Positions 14,790 to 28,231 of a stretch of 64,000 bases of DNA are shown here, piece after piece. The stretch is from NCBI RefSeq assembly GCF_009914755.1, contig NC_060932.1; one strand, given 5' to 3'. How positions within the stretch are numbered: position 1 is the first letter of the stretch; every line of letters starts with the position of its first letter. The notes below the pieces were generated by a model, which saw only the letters and a list, made by a program, of their open reading frames with translations, ran no database searches and was not told the DNA's origin. The DNA comes from the human T2T-CHM13v2.0 reference genome, Homo sapiens. The translations under genes were made by a program, and so were the position numbers.

Positions 14790-15439
14790 TGAAAGCGTAC
14801 ATCTGCAGCTGCTTTCAGGAGAGTGAGTGAATGGTGCTTCTTGGCTGAGCAAGAAGATTTGAGCAGAGTGGAGGATGACGGGGACAGGTCAGAGGAAACT
14901 GGAAGCTACACAGAGCAAACATTATCCCTTTCTTCTTTTGTACACCCATTCTATGAATATTTACCAAGCCCCTGCTGCTCCACGCAGTAGGTAGTTGGGG
15001 ATTGGGAGAGGTAACAGGCATAAATGATTCCAATACAGGGAAGAGAGTGCCCAGAGCCATAAGGGAGCTGATTCATCACGACAGCTGAGAAGGGATTGGT
15101 TATTTCTGTCTTTGCTATGCGGGATGCTTTCTGAAGAACTACCATTGGTTCTGAGTCTAGGTGGTGGGGTAGGTTATAGAGGTGCAGAAATGAGGGGGAA
15201 AGGAACTCCAAGTGTGATTATCAAAGGCACACAGGTGGAGGGGAGTTTGAATTGTGGGAGGGTATGTGAGGTGAGAGGAAAGCCGAGAAGGACTAGAGCA
15301 GTAAGACAGTGCAACCGAATTGGATACGAGTGAGCTAAAGGCATCTGTGAGGTGGGGATATCGACAGAGACCTCTCACCCTTATTGAGTCTGTATGATAA
15401 GCAAGACACATGCCTAACAGCTTTCAAAGTAGTAGCTCC

Positions 15440-15555
15440 TGTTTTCCGTACAACATGGTCCCCATTTTACAGATAGGAAACGAGAAAATAGAAGTGAAGT
15501 GACGGCCTTTAGCCAGGAAGTGGTGGTCACAGGATTCAGGCCTGGGGAGTGTCTG
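15440..15555 (-). mobile_element. MIR fragment
   Basis: ccccattttacagataggaaacgag core. Confidence 0.7.
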
Positions 15556-16321
15556 CTACTTCTGCTCCTCCTCCACTTAGCATGGGGTAGAAGGGGCTGG
15601 AGGCAAAGAGGCAAAATGAACTCGGTTCAGAGGAATGGTGGCTAATTCTTATGTGTAAAGTGGATCTTCCCAACCACGAAAATCAGGGTCATTGGAACCA
15701 CAGGCTCAGTCATGTCCCTGAGGGTTGCCAGATTGCAGTCCTGTGATAAATCAGGTGGGGTGCCCAGGGCCCGTGAGGAACGCCAGAAGGGCTGCGGGGC
15801 CTCGAAGACCTTCCAGTTACACATCTGGTAGAGCCACAGCTCCTCGTGCTCTGTCATCCCTAAGCCCCTGCCTGTCTCCCTTTGTTTATGATTACTGAAG
15901 GCATTTGCATGAAAACAGGCTTTTCTGTCTTCTGAAGGCTGGGCTTCCTGCCGAGGTTTCTCACCTGAAGCCCCTGAAGCCGTAATTCTCCATTTGTGGC
16001 TCCATAACCATCTCCCGGGTGGCTAATTACAGGCCATATGTTCCTGGGTGTGTGCTGGGAAGGCAGGCAGATCAGCTTCCATGTCTGCTTCCGTTCCCGT
16101 TCCTCTTTTGGACTCGCTTGCTCTAAGCCTGTCCTCCATAGCGTCTCTGCAGGGCCTCCGTGAGACTGTTTTCCTCCGCAGGTAGTGTTCCATTTTGCAG
16201 ATGACCCCAGCTGGGCTTAACTGGGCATTCACAAGTCTGCTTGCCAGCATCTCAGTGTCGGCCAGTTGGCAAAAATCAACAAATGGGCAGGTGATGTCTG
16301 CTGCTTCAATCTCATGCAGGT

Positions 16322-16450
16322 GGGATGATGAAGTGGAAAGAGCTTTGGCGTAGGATTTTGGAAGTTGAGTTCCGGTCCTAACTTTGGAGAAATCTCTTTA
16401 CCTCTCTGGTTCTTAGTTTTTTCTTATATAAAATGAGATTTGATTAGATC
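16322..16450 (+). mobile_element. MIR fragment
   Basis: agtggaaagagctttgg...ctttacctctctggttcttagttttttcttatataaaatgag. Confidence 0.6.
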
Positions 16451-17246
16451 AGTGGTTTCTAACCTGATTCCTAGGTGTCTGAAAGATAGTGATGATCATG
16501 GGGGGCATTAAAACAGCTTTGAACTCCTTCCAACTGCAAACTCCTGGAGAGAGAGAATGGCTGCCGATTCATCTTTGAGTCTCCATTATCTAGGACAGTG
16601 CTTGGCTCAGAGGGTGCAAACAATGACGTTTGTTGAAACATGAAGGCCTTTCAGAAAGTCTAACAAAACCTGTTCGTTGACCCTGATGAAGCTGGGTAGG
16701 CTAACAAAACTTTGAATTCTTTAATGATTAGAATTACATTAAGGCTGTACTGCTCATGGGTTTTTTGACTGCATAACTGAGTCTGCATAACTTAAGCAAG
16801 AAGATGACCTTTGGGAAGTGTGCTGGTGAGATACAGGAGTGATGAAAAGGCTGGAAACCAGGCTCACAAAAATGACAGACACCACGGGAGGGAAGGTAGC
16901 TGAGAACACACGGGAGCTTCAGCGTTCAAGATAGGAGAATCCCGTTGGATAAGCCTAGGTTGTGTGGCTGCCCAGCTGCTGCGTAGCGAGGAGAGGGGTT
17001 ACTAGGGCTCCTGAGGTTTCTATACACTGTGCTTATCACCAAGACTGTAATACAGTTTGGGGATTACTGCCAAAGAGGAAGGAAATTTACATTTTGGGTA
17101 GCCAAAACATGACAAAGAACCACTGCACCTAGTACCTCTGGTTCTGTTCTGCTTATCTGGAGCTCTGCTTGGGAGTGGCTTTGGTGAAAAGGAATGGGAA
17201 AATAAATTTACACATGCATTTTGATATATAAAACATGTGCATTCCT

Positions 17247-17579
17247 GGCCAGGCGCGGTGGCTCATGCCTGTAATCCCAGCACTTTGGGAGGCCGAGGCC
17301 GGTGGATCACGAGGTCAGGAGATCGATACCATCCTAGCTAACAGAGTGAAACCCCGTCTCTACTAAAAATACAAAAAATTAACCGGGTGTGGTGGCGGGC
17401 ACCTCTAGTCCCAGCTACTCGGAGACTGAGGCAGGAGAATGGTGTGAACCTGGGAGGAGGAACTTGCAGTGAGCTGAGATGGTGCCACTGCACTCCAGCC
17501 TGGGTGACAGAGCAAGACTCCATCTCAAAACAAAAAAAACAAACAAAACAAAACAAAAAAAACCAAACAAATAAAACAA
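17247..17579 (+). mobile_element. AluY-like element
   Basis: gatcacgaggtcaggagatcga...atcctagctaac and gaatggtgtgaacc...cttgcagtg are Y-type; (CAAA)-rich tail; TSD atgtgc(a/g)ttcct. Confidence 0.95.
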
Positions 17580-18390
17580 ATGTGCGTTCCTACAGTCTAC
17601 GTGAAAGAAATTATAACAGGATGCTTGTGGATGAAGATGGGCACATTTTTAGCCTACAAGGCTCAGGTTTTCTATCTCTGGGTCCAAGATAAATGCCCGT
17701 GGAATCCCCTGTAGAGATGCAGATACAAGTGCCGAGGGAGACATCTTTTCTTTATGTCTAGATGTTTAGCAGGGTCTCCTGTGATGGCTGTCTTGTCTAC
17801 TCTGATCTCTCCCTGAGCCTCATAATCCTGAGCAGTTTACTTCACTGGGATTTCATGAGGTCCAATAAACAGCAATGTTAGCAATACCTACTTCTGATCT
17901 GGATGGGGTAGGTGGGGAAAAACACCTTCCCTTTTCCTTCTCACTAATTTATATTAATTATGTTCATTTTGTCTCTGCAATTGACATATGTCATTTGTAG
18001 CTGCCCAGTATCTTTTAAATAACATCACTATATCTTAATTATTTCTCCTGCTTTCTCAAAGTAGAATCCAGAATATTTTATCCTGAGGCCTGCTTCCAGC
18101 TGCATAAAGGCAGGAGACCTCAGTCCTTATAGTCAGATCAACCTGGTTGAGATGTGGAATCCAAAATGAGCAATATGAAACTTTAGTCTGGAAAGGGAAG
18201 ATTCTTGTTCTGAAAGTGGGGGGCTATTGGGTTCTTCCGGGGCAGCAGTGATAGGATTGTTGTCATTCAGTCCTGATCATCTAGCTACACTGTAGCAATG
18301 GTGGTGATGATTTGGTTAGATAATCCTCTTAAGTGTGTTTGGACTTTGTAGCTTCAGGGTCAGTTCTTTGCCCTTCTCAGAGATGTTTTG

Positions 18391-18460
18391 TGCTATCCGC
18401 CAGCCTTTAATATGTTTGTTTCATGCTATCCACCGGCCTTTAATACGTTTGTTTCATGCT
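18391..18460. repeat. 33-bp tandem duplication (2.1 copies)
   Basis: tgctatccgccagcctttaatatgtttgtttca followed by tgctatccaccggcctttaatacgtttgtttca. Confidence 0.9.
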
Positions 18461-19045
18461 TATATTAGGCAGAATGAATTATGTTGTTTGCATCTAAGAA
18501 CCCTCCCTGATACGGGGAGTACACCTCCCTGGTGTAGGAATTCACTTGAAGTGGGTTCTGAAAGTTACAGAACCTTATACTCTATATGGAAATGGCTTCA
18601 TTGAGGTAGTCGGGCATCAGGAGGCAAGAACCCACCCACTGCTGGCTGGGAAAGGAAGTCTTGTCTTCTGTGTTGGCAAATCCATGCCAGTATCCCCTGC
18701 AAGTTAATCCTTTGTTGGTCCTTGGAACACTGACCTCTGCCAGTGGAGGCTGCAGAATTAAGGGAAATGTAAGAGAAATCTTTTCAAAAATAAAGTTATC
18801 TCCCTAGTCTCGAGCAGTGGTCTGGACATCTCCTTTGTTGCCTTGGTTCTCGCTGAACTCATACTCACAGGGGTTTTTCTTTTTTCCCAAGTAACCTATT
18901 AGGGATATGTCTATAGATATTCTACATATAAATCCTTCGTTGGTGCTAGTTGGGAACTCCATAAAAATTTTCCCTCTTTTACAAATGGATGTTGTAATCC
19001 TTGGGAAAATGTGGACAGATAAAAACTAATGGAGGAGATACATGT

Positions 19046-19048
<3 letters not shown>

Positions 19049-19085
<37 letters not shown>
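19049..19085. repeat. (AG)18 microsatellite
   Basis: Pure AG run read directly. Confidence 0.97.
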
Positions 19086-19088
<3 letters not shown>

Positions 19089-19148
19089 TGATAGAGACAG
19101 AAAAAGGGCCCTGGCCCCATCAAAACTTACCTTCAGTGAATTTGCTTC

Positions 19149-19691
19149 TGTGGCAGTCAGCCTTTACTGTCAGCCTTTACTGTGGCCTTGGTGATCCCTA
19201 CTTCTAATATTTATGCCCTGTGTAGTTCTTTTCCACATGGAAACAGGGCTGGCCTGTGTGACCAACAGAATATGGTGGAGGTAATAGTGTGTGATTCCCA
19301 AGGTTAGGTCATAAAATGCATTGCAGCTTCCAGCATGGCCTCTTAGATCATTCTCTCTGAAAGAAGCCAGCTGCCATGTTGAAAGGACACTCAAGAAGCT
19401 CTGTGGAGAGCCTGCCTGAAAAGAAACCAACTGGCCATTTCCAACTTGCTCGCCACGTGGGTGAGCATCCTTGGAAGGATGTGGGGCTTCTGGCCTCAGT
19501 CCATCATTATAGATGACTGGCATGCCAGCTGATATCTGACAGCAGTCACCGGAGAGACCATGAGCCAGAAGTGCCCAACTGAGCTGCTTCTATGTTCCTG
19601 ATGTGCTGAACTAAGAGAGGTAAGAATTGATTGTTTTTTAAAGCCACTAAATGTTAGATTATCTGTGACACAGCATTGGATAGTTAGTACA
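19149..19691 (+). mobile_element. MLT1F-like MaLR LTR
   Basis: TG...CA termini; gggctggcctgtgtgaccaacagaatatgg, aagccagctgccatgttg, tttaaagccactaa. Confidence 0.8.
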
Positions 19692-19999
19692 GCCCCCCGG
19701 CTGTCCTTCCTTGTGATAAAGAAGCTATGGTTTCTGAGGTAGGTGGATGCCATGGAGATGTTTGGGAATCTGTCTTCTTGCTGGTGTTATTGTTCTGCTT
19801 CATAGCCTCACTCATTGTTCACTTAGTAGAAATTTCTCTTGGGCTGTGGTAGATAACTGAACATTATTTCTGGCTTTCACAGTTATTGTACCTTTAGCTC
19901 TCTTGGGTCTATTTTCATAAGTATTTCAATTGGAAGGTAGATGAGGATGAATCCGATGCTCTTATCTTGCTGTCCTCTTAACCAGGAAATCTAAAATCT

Positions 20000-20267
20000 C
20001 CAGGATTTTGATTGTGCATTCTATCAAATTTTGAGCACACATCTTCAAAATATATTTTCTTGCATATTCCTTCATTTATTTATTATTTACAAGTGCCACT
20101 GTGTTGTTTTATTGTACAAATTATAAGGCATACATAAAATACAAACTTAGAAAATATTAGAGAAAAATAAATAGAAATAGAAGTTTGAATATTTTCTTTT
20201 TCTATCCAAGTGGTTGTCTTGGGTACAGCTGGTAAATGTGCTCTTTCTTCCACTTTGTAGACCCCTG
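20000..20267 (-). mobile_element. hAT-Charlie DNA transposon relic (Charlie18a-like)
   Basis: aaattttgagcacac...aatagaagtttgaatattttc...ccactttg(t/g)agacccctg, a Charlie-type terminus. Confidence 0.55.
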
Positions 20268-20647
20268 CTCTATGGTTAACTTTATGTATTATAGTATCCT
20301 GGTAAATGTGCCCCTTCTTCCACTTTGGAGACCCCTGCTCTATGGTTAACTTTTTATATTATAGTATCCTGGTAAATGTGCCCCTTCTTCCACTTTGGAG
20401 ACCCCTGCTCTATGGTTAACTTTTTATATTATAGTATCCTGGTAAATGTGCACCTTCTTCCACTTTGGAGACCCCTGCTCTATGGTTAACTTTTTATATT
20501 ATAGTATCCTGGTAAATGTGCCCCTTCTTCCACTTTGGAGACCCCTGCTCTATGGTTAACTTTTTATATTATAGTATCCTGGTAAATGTGCCCCTTCTTC
20601 CACTTTGGAGACCCTTGCTCTATGGTTAACTTTTATATTATTGTATC
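20229..20647. repeat. Minisatellite/VNTR, 6 copies of a 70-bp unit
   Basis: tatggttaac recurs at 20271, 20341, 20411, 20481, 20551 and 20621; unit ctggtaaatgtgccccttcttccactttggagacccctgctctatggttaactttttatattatagtatc. Confidence 0.98.
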
Positions 20648-21829
20648 ATCTGCATGTTCTTTAAGGGAAAATATTGTGCCTTATTTATTTCTTCCAAGAT
20701 TTCAGGGTAGCTGCTCCATTCATGTTTCTCAAAAGAAAGAAAAAAGGAATGAATGAATGAATGCATGACTGAATAGAGGAATGGCATTTATGTTTCAGCA
20801 CAGTACTAAACGCAAGATAAACAAAAATCAGTAAGATATGTGACATACATGAAGCTTAAATTTGGTCTTTTTAGCTCCCTGAACATTTTCAGTGGTTAGG
20901 ATTTAAGCCTGGCTATGTGATCGTAAAATCGTGTTAACCACCGAGCTACCCCCAAATTACAGAAGCCCGTCTCTACCACGCTCACTGAGAATTGCCCCTG
21001 TGCTAACTTCCCCATTGGAGGGAAAGGTTCTGGACTGATTTCTAGGACAAATTGTGTTCTATATTCCCTACCCATCCTGACCCCCATGCTGACATACACA
21101 GGCCCCCACATCACACCCCCGCACACAACAGTTTTCTCCTTTTTCCTTCAAGCTGTCTTCCAGGCCTGGCTCTCTGGCAAACACCCATCCTCAGTAAAGA
21201 CCTTTCTAGTGAGTACATATGTGGGGGAGGATTTTCCTGGCCCCTTAACTAGCTTGCCTCACCAGGACTCAGGCTGTCTGGATTTCTGTGTTCTTATATT
21301 TCCTGGAGCTGCGGAGTTGTGGCAGACACAGTTATAACCAACTTGTTAAGTCTATTTATTCAGCTGGGCATCTCTCTTTCCTGTCAGTTGACTTAGCTCT
21401 TCATCCCCATTTAGGCTTCCGAGCAACCTTGCAAGTTAGAATCAGTGTTGTCATTTCTCTCCTGCAGTCCACTGGCTTTCCTGGCCTGGGGTCGTGTAAC
21501 AGCTGGGAACCTAGAAGAAGGCAATGAAGGAGCAGCTTCTCTGTGATGACAGATAGCCTTGTTCTCTGTGTGTGTGTGTATATATATGTGTGGGCATGCA
21601 TGAATGCATTCAGGAGTTATGGGAGGATATACCAAGTTGCATTGAGAGGATTTTAGTTTGACCTTTGAATTCATTAATTGTTGCTGGATCTTGACCAAGA
21701 TAGCTCCATTGTGACCAGTGGATAAACATTCTTAGAGACATACTTGGAAGCATACAATTACAAAATAGTGTGTAGTAAACCTGCTTTAGGCTGTCCTGAA
21801 TATTTTGAACACTGGGATGAGCTAATTTA

Positions 21830-22160
21830 GGCCCCCAAATCTTAGTAGCTTAACACAACAAAATTTATTTCTCATCAATGTTGCATGTCCATCATAGGTC
21901 ATCTAGGGGTTCTGCCTTACTCTGGGACTCAGGTTGGTAGAGAGGCTGCTGTTCGCCAGTGACTATGACAGGAAAGACAAAGAGCATGATGAGCTTTGCA
22001 CTGCTAAAAGTAAGACTGTCATCCATTTCTGCTTGTTTTTCAATGGCCAAAGCAAGTTGCATGGGCATGACTCTTTTCAATAGGGACAAGAATGTGCAAT
22101 ATCCTATGTAACCAGAAAGAAACAGAAACATAACATATGTGTAAGCAGCACTAGTAAAGT
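21830..22160 (-). mobile_element. MLT1J-like MaLR LTR
   Basis: cccccaaatcttagtagcttaacacaacaaaatttatttctc...tggccaaagcaagttgcatgg. Confidence 0.65.
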
Positions 22161-22239
22161 CGCTGATTTTGTTTTCCATTTTTGAAGAATTTTCTACTTT
22201 TTGAATTCTATCTTTCTAAGATTAAATTCAGAAACTCAC

Positions 22240-22703
22240 TATGTTGGGTAAAATAATGGCCACCCAAAGATGTGCAGGTCCTAATCCCCAGAACCTATCA
22301 AATGTCAACTTGCATGGCAGAGAAGACTTTAAAGATTTGATTAAGTTAGTGATATCAAGATGGAGGATTATCTTGGATTATCTTGGAGGGCCCAAAGCAA
22401 TCACAAGGGTCCTTATAAGCAGAGGGAAGCAAGAGAAGCATATTCAGAGGAGACGACATAAGGATGGAAGCAGAGGTCAGAATGATGTGAAGGGGACCAT
22501 GAGCCAAGGAATGCAGGCAGCCTCTAGAAGCTGGAAAAGGCAAGTAATGGGTTCTCCCTTAGGGCTTCCAGAAGGAACACAGACTGCTCAATATCTTGAT
22601 TTTTAGCCCATTGACACTTCTGACGTTGAGACTGAAAGAAAATAGATTTTTGCCATGTAAGCCACCAAGTGTATTATTAGGGTAGCAATAGCAAACTAAT
22701 ATA
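22240..22703 (+). mobile_element. MLT1D-like solo LTR
   Basis: aataatggccacccaaagatgt...gagccaaggaatgcaggcagcctctagaagctggaaaaggcaag; 5-bp TSD CTCAC at 22235-39 and 22704-08. Confidence 0.88.
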
Positions 22704-23102
22704 CTCACTTTTCATGGTTCCTTTAAAGGTAGGATATAGTACATGGCCCAGTTTCTATTCCTCAGAAGGAATGACATCAAACTTGGATTTAAAAGTGGGA
22801 CATAAAGAAGCAGACAAAACTTGAAATCCATTCTAGTGATGATGATGAAGAGACATTCAGGTTAAGGGGTGGACCTCTTGACTGTAGTAAACATGGTGTT
22901 AGTCAAGGTGACCATGTTAGGCCAGCAACACTGGGACTCCATCAGAGCCATCAGTGCAGTAAATAAGATTTTGTTACTGGATATATAGCCTTCAGGCATG
23001 ATTTTAGGGCCCTCTCAGAAATTCTTTCATTGTCTAAGTTTCCTTTAATAAAAGACTGAATCAATTCTGTTGTTCGCAACTGAGAGCCCTGACAGATAGA
23101 GG

Positions 23103-23613
23103 TGTTTCAGTCATCTTTGGTTGCATCACAAACCACCCTCACATTTAGTGGCTTAAAACAATTAGTGGCATATTACTATTCATGATTTTCTGGGTTTATT
23201 GGGCAACTTTTCTTCTTCACGTTGCCTTGCTGGGGTGCTGAGAAGGCTTCCCTCATGTGGAAACTCAACTGGGAGCTCAGTTGGGGCTGGAACTTTGGGG
23301 GTGTCTAGAAGGCTGGAATCGTTGAGAGGCTTGACCAGAGCCTAGCTGGAGTTGTCAGGCAGGGGCCACAGTTCTCATTCATGTAGCCTTCTTGACGTGG
23401 CTGCTTGGGCTGCCTCATGACATGGTGGCTGGGTTTCTAGAAGAAACTTCTGAGAGGGAGGAAGCAGAAGTTGCCAGGCTAAATTACGGGCTAGCCCTAG
23501 AAAGGTTACAATGACAATTTTGTTATAATCTATTAGTGGGAAGGGACTCTATGAGGGCATGGATTCTGGAAGAAATAGTTCCTTGAAGGGTTACTAGGCA
23601 GCAGCCTACCACA
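23103..23613 (-). mobile_element. MLT1H-like MaLR LTR
   Basis: ttgcatcacaaaccaccctcacatttagtggcttaaaacaa...ggctgcttgggctgcctcatgacatggtggc...ctaccaca. Confidence 0.75.
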
Positions 23614-24210
23614 GCACGGGATACATGCTCAAAGGATTATGAACTGTGAGAGCTAGAGGAGAGAGTGGCTGACTCTGCCTAAGGAAGGCAGAAGCAGCTT
23701 CATAGAGGAGGCGGCACTTGGGAAATAGCAATGCCTTGTCCAAACTCACAGAGGGTAAAAGGTTTTGAGGTATTTAGGGGGTCATGTTTTAGTCCAATTT
23801 TGGCTCTCGGAATATACAGTGAGCCATATGTGGGGTGAGTGAGAGGCCAAATAGAAGGTGGGAGAGGCATGATGAAGCCACATTAAAAGCCACCAGTGCC
23901 TGACAAGGTGTCTATGACAGCTTGTAAGTAACAGAGAGTTTTAAGTAGAGAAGGGGTATGAGCAGATCTTTGTAAAAAGACTGAAGTGACAAATTAAATA
24001 ATATACTTTACTTTTTTGTTTACATTTAATCACATTCTTCTTTTCACTCCATTTGAGACACATTTGGTTTATTTACCCAATAACAATAAATAAACACCTT
24101 ACATTTGTCATGTGTTATAATGTGCAAGAGACTCTGTCTACTACCATGACTTCTGATTCAGAGCATGATGCAAAGAGTTCATCAGAATTGATGCTGCCCT
24201 CATTTCACCA

Positions 24211-24649
24211 GTATTCAGTCTTTTTCGCTGTGTAGAAATCAGCCATAGACTCCCACTAGTATAAAACAATGAGTATTTATTCCCTTTGTTCATGGGTTTT
24301 CTGATTGACTGTGGATAGGCTGATCTTGGCTAGGCTCCGTAGGGTGGCTCTGTGGGACTGGCTGAGCCTTGCTCCAGCCTGCAGGTTGAACTCAGTTCTG
24401 GGTCCTGGGCTGAAGGAATAGATACTGCACCTCAGGGAAGCTCAGGTCAAGGCAGATCACCAGAGCACAGAAGTAGGCTCAATGGCAGCCCAATCTCATC
24501 TCAATTCTCCCCTCCTGTCATGACAGCTAACATTCCGTTCCCTAAGGCAGGGCACATGGCCGAGTCAAAGCAAAGGCATGGCTAGGGAGGGTGAATGCAG
24601 AGTACTTGTACTGGGGTCTGAAGAACTGGATCCAATTCAGTCTGCCACT
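24211..24649 (-). mobile_element. MLT1I-like MaLR LTR
   Basis: tataaaacaatgagtatttatt...ggctgatcttggctaggctc...cacatggcc...tctgccac. Confidence 0.6.
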
Positions 24650-24794
24650 ATGGAGAAAGAAATTTCAGCTTGAAGAAATTAAGGTTATTTCCGTGGATTT
24701 TATAGGACCTAAAGGTAAGTCTTTTGAGTCAAAACTACTTCTCCATTCATTACCCTGCCCTGTCACCAAACCAGATCTCATGAAAACCTCCAGT

Positions 24795-25425
24795 AGTATT
24801 TATCCTTCTATGTCTGGCTTATTTCACTTAGCATAATGTCCTCCAGCTCCATCCCTGTTCTCACCACTGGCAAGATTTTCTTATTTTTAATGACTGAATA
24901 ACATTCCACTGAATGTATATAGCACATTTTCTTTATTCATTCGTCTTCCTGTGGACACTTTGGTTATTTCTATGTATTGGCTATTGAGAATAACGCTGCA
25001 ATAAACATGAGAGTGCTGATAGTTCTTTGAGACCCTTATTTCAATTGCTGGGTATATAGATCTAGAAATGGGATTACCAGTTACTACAAAAGAAAGACAC
25101 AAGTAAAAAAAATAAAGGGAGCAGGAGGACACTCTTGGAGATGATGCGTATGTTTATGGAATTGACTGTGGTGATGATTTCGCGAGTGTATACTTAATCT
25201 AAAGTCATCAGGGTGGCTCACAACTGTAATCCCAGCACTTTGGGAGGCCAGGGCAAGAGGATTGCTTGAATCCAGGAGTTCAAGACCAGCCTAGGCAACA
25301 TAGCAAGGCCCTGTCTCAAAAAAACAAAACAAAAATACAACTTATCAGGTTGTATACATTAATTATGTACAGCTTTTGTATGTCAATCATACCCCAATAA
25401 AGTTGTCTAAAATAGAAGAAAAAAA
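24795..25425. mobile_element. 5'-inverted L1MB-like insertion (24795-~25080 antisense, ~25100-25425 sense)
   Basis: Antisense gtctggcttatttcacttagcataatgtcctcc; sense 3' end ...ccccaataaagttgt plus A-tail; TSD GAAAACCTCCAGT at 24782-94 and 25426-38. Confidence 0.85.
25211..25338 (+). mobile_element. FLAM_C / Alu left monomer nested in the L1
   Basis: Single monomer ending ccctgtctcaaaaaaac; degenerate TSD aa(g/c)t(c/t)atcagg. Confidence 0.88.
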
Positions 25426-26019
25426 GAAAACCTCCAGTGACACATTTTTCTCTAATCTTGTCTTTCTGTTTCTGGAGGTTTAGCTGTTTTCAAACTACAG
25501 AGCATGAACAACGACAGCTCACTATTTATCCCTCTGGGGGACCCCTTCTCTCTACAATCAATTCCACACCCCATTCTTGAGATGACACATCTCTCTGCAG
25601 GCCTTTGTCTACTCATCTGTAAAAAGATTAATTTTTCTGTCACATGTCTGTGGGGCAGCAGCTTCCTCCATACACAGGAACCATTTTGTTAGCTTTAGCA
25701 GGCTGCTCCGGAGCCTCTTCCTTGCAGCTCTATCCTGGACCACAGGCAGTGAAGTGATGGTGCTGTCAGAAATATAAGTCTTGTCCCAGGCACGTGCAGA
25801 GACGAAGGTGGTCTGCAGAGGAGAGGAAAGTCTTGCGCTGAGGGCCTTGGGCCGCTCAACCTTTTGTGGAGTATTATGTTTGGGTGGGGTCACTATAAAG
25901 TGGGGAGTCGTTCCTTGGGGTGATTGTGGGGTCAGGAGAGGCTCAAGACTCTGAGGCACATTTAGCCTGGGGATGAGAAAACTCGGGAGTGGTAGCTTGC
26001 CAGGTGTCGCTGTCAGCAG

Positions 26020-26178
26020 ATTTAATTCATTTCAACAACCATCTCTTGAGCTCTAGCCACATGCCAGGACCTCTGCCAGGAACTGAGGTCTCAGAAGTGC
26101 ACAGGACAAATACAGACCCTGCCCTTGTGAAACTTAGGATCCAGCAAGGAAGATGAGGGCATTAAACAAACAACTACA
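26020..26178 (-). mobile_element. L2 3' end relic
   Basis: attcatttcaacaaccatctcttgagc...atgccagg...ccctgcccttgtgaaactta. Confidence 0.65.
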
Positions 26179-27023
26179 TTCCCTTCTTTATGCCTGGCCA
26201 AAACCATGCAGACAACAGCAAGGGTGTTGTTTAAACAGATTTTGGACCTTGTCTCCAAAGGATAAGCAATTCGTTTTCAGTCTTGTTGCAAATAGTGAAT
26301 GGCTGCATTGCTAGGGAACTCTTATCTCCAACTCTTAGTGTTTCTGCAGGGAGAATGGAAATCCTACTTCTCAAGAGGGAAAGGTTTTGGAGGAGCACTT
26401 CTGGCATCTTTCTCCATACCTACAACCCACTGATTCCTCCCCAGAGATAAAAAAACAATTGGGATCCAATTAATGAATTCAAGGGAAAGAATGGAGTGGG
26501 GCCTTGAGTTCCTGGTGAGTGATAGGACCATCAACATGAATTGGAACCTGTTTGGGAACTGAGGTTCAAGGAGGTGAAGTAACTTCTTTATTGTTGTGTG
26601 TAGCAGAGGCCGGACAGCCACATCTCATGATTGCCTGTATGCACAAAGAAGGGAAAGGCTTGTGGCCGGGAACCAGCTGGCTGCCATGCTGATGATGGAG
26701 TGATAGGTAGGTACACACCAGGCAGGTCCAGGAGATGAGCAGAAGCTTGAATCAGAGGAGGCTCTGAGGGTCAGTGGATAGGTATTTGGAAATGGATCCA
26801 ATGGGAGTCAGAGGGAGGAGCTGATGGAGAGTACAGTTCCCAGAAGAGGTGAACATGTGGAAAGATGGTGACATCAGGGGCCTCAAGAGAGCTTATGATG
26901 GCATCATTTTGGAATCACGATGCTGGTCTTGGGTTCCTCTTGAGCAGCTATGAGACGTCTCCCCAAGTGACTCTAGAATAGAATTTACACAGTGGGGTGT
27001 TCAGGGTGAATGCAGCCTGCTGA

Positions 27024-27385
<362 letters not shown>

Positions 27386-27464
27386 TAGCTAAAGGAAAGA
27401 AAATAGGTAGATGATTATAAATAAAAATCTGGATTTTCTATTTTTGTCTTAAAATCAAATAAAG

Positions 27465-27697
27465 ACAGACTGGGCAGAATGGCAAAACCCTGTCTATACA
27501 AAAAATACAAAAATTAGCTGGGCATGGTGGCACACATCTGTGGTCCTGGCTGATTTGGAGGCTGAGGTGGGAGGATCGCTTAAGTCCAGGAGGTTAAGGC
27601 TGTGGTGAGCTACGATTGTGCCACTGCACTCCAGCCTGGACAATGGAATGAGACCCTGCCTCAAAAACAAAGAAACAACCGAAAAAACAAATAAAGA
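27465..27697 (+). mobile_element. 5'-truncated AluJ
   Basis: End of left monomer plus J-type right monomer (ggaggatcgcttaagtccaggagg); flanked by caaataaaga. Confidence 0.9.
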
Positions 27698-27893
27698 ATC
27701 AGGAGCCCTTGGGCCCACATTCCTGATTGACAATAATCTCTGAGTAGTGGTTACTGCCTTTGTTGGGGCTGGAGCTGCCAGGTTGCCGCTGTCCACACGG
27801 GTCCATTCGTTTGGTTCCTTGCCCAGCTTCCACCCAAGACCACCTACCTGGATTCGGTGGGCATCTGAGTTTGCAGCCTTCTTCCCCATCTAG

Positions 27894-28213
<320 letters not shown>

Positions 28214-28231
28214 TCTGAATGCTTTTTGATA

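Noticed and set aside
15642-16250. Possible exons in a mildly CpG-richer unique segment
   Set aside because: The translations are unrecognisable and no convincing splice pair stands out; it is too CpG-poor to be an island.
20229-20647. CRISPR-like array
   Set aside because: The units are contiguous near-identical 70-mers with no unique spacers, no cas genes are present, and the DNA is primate.
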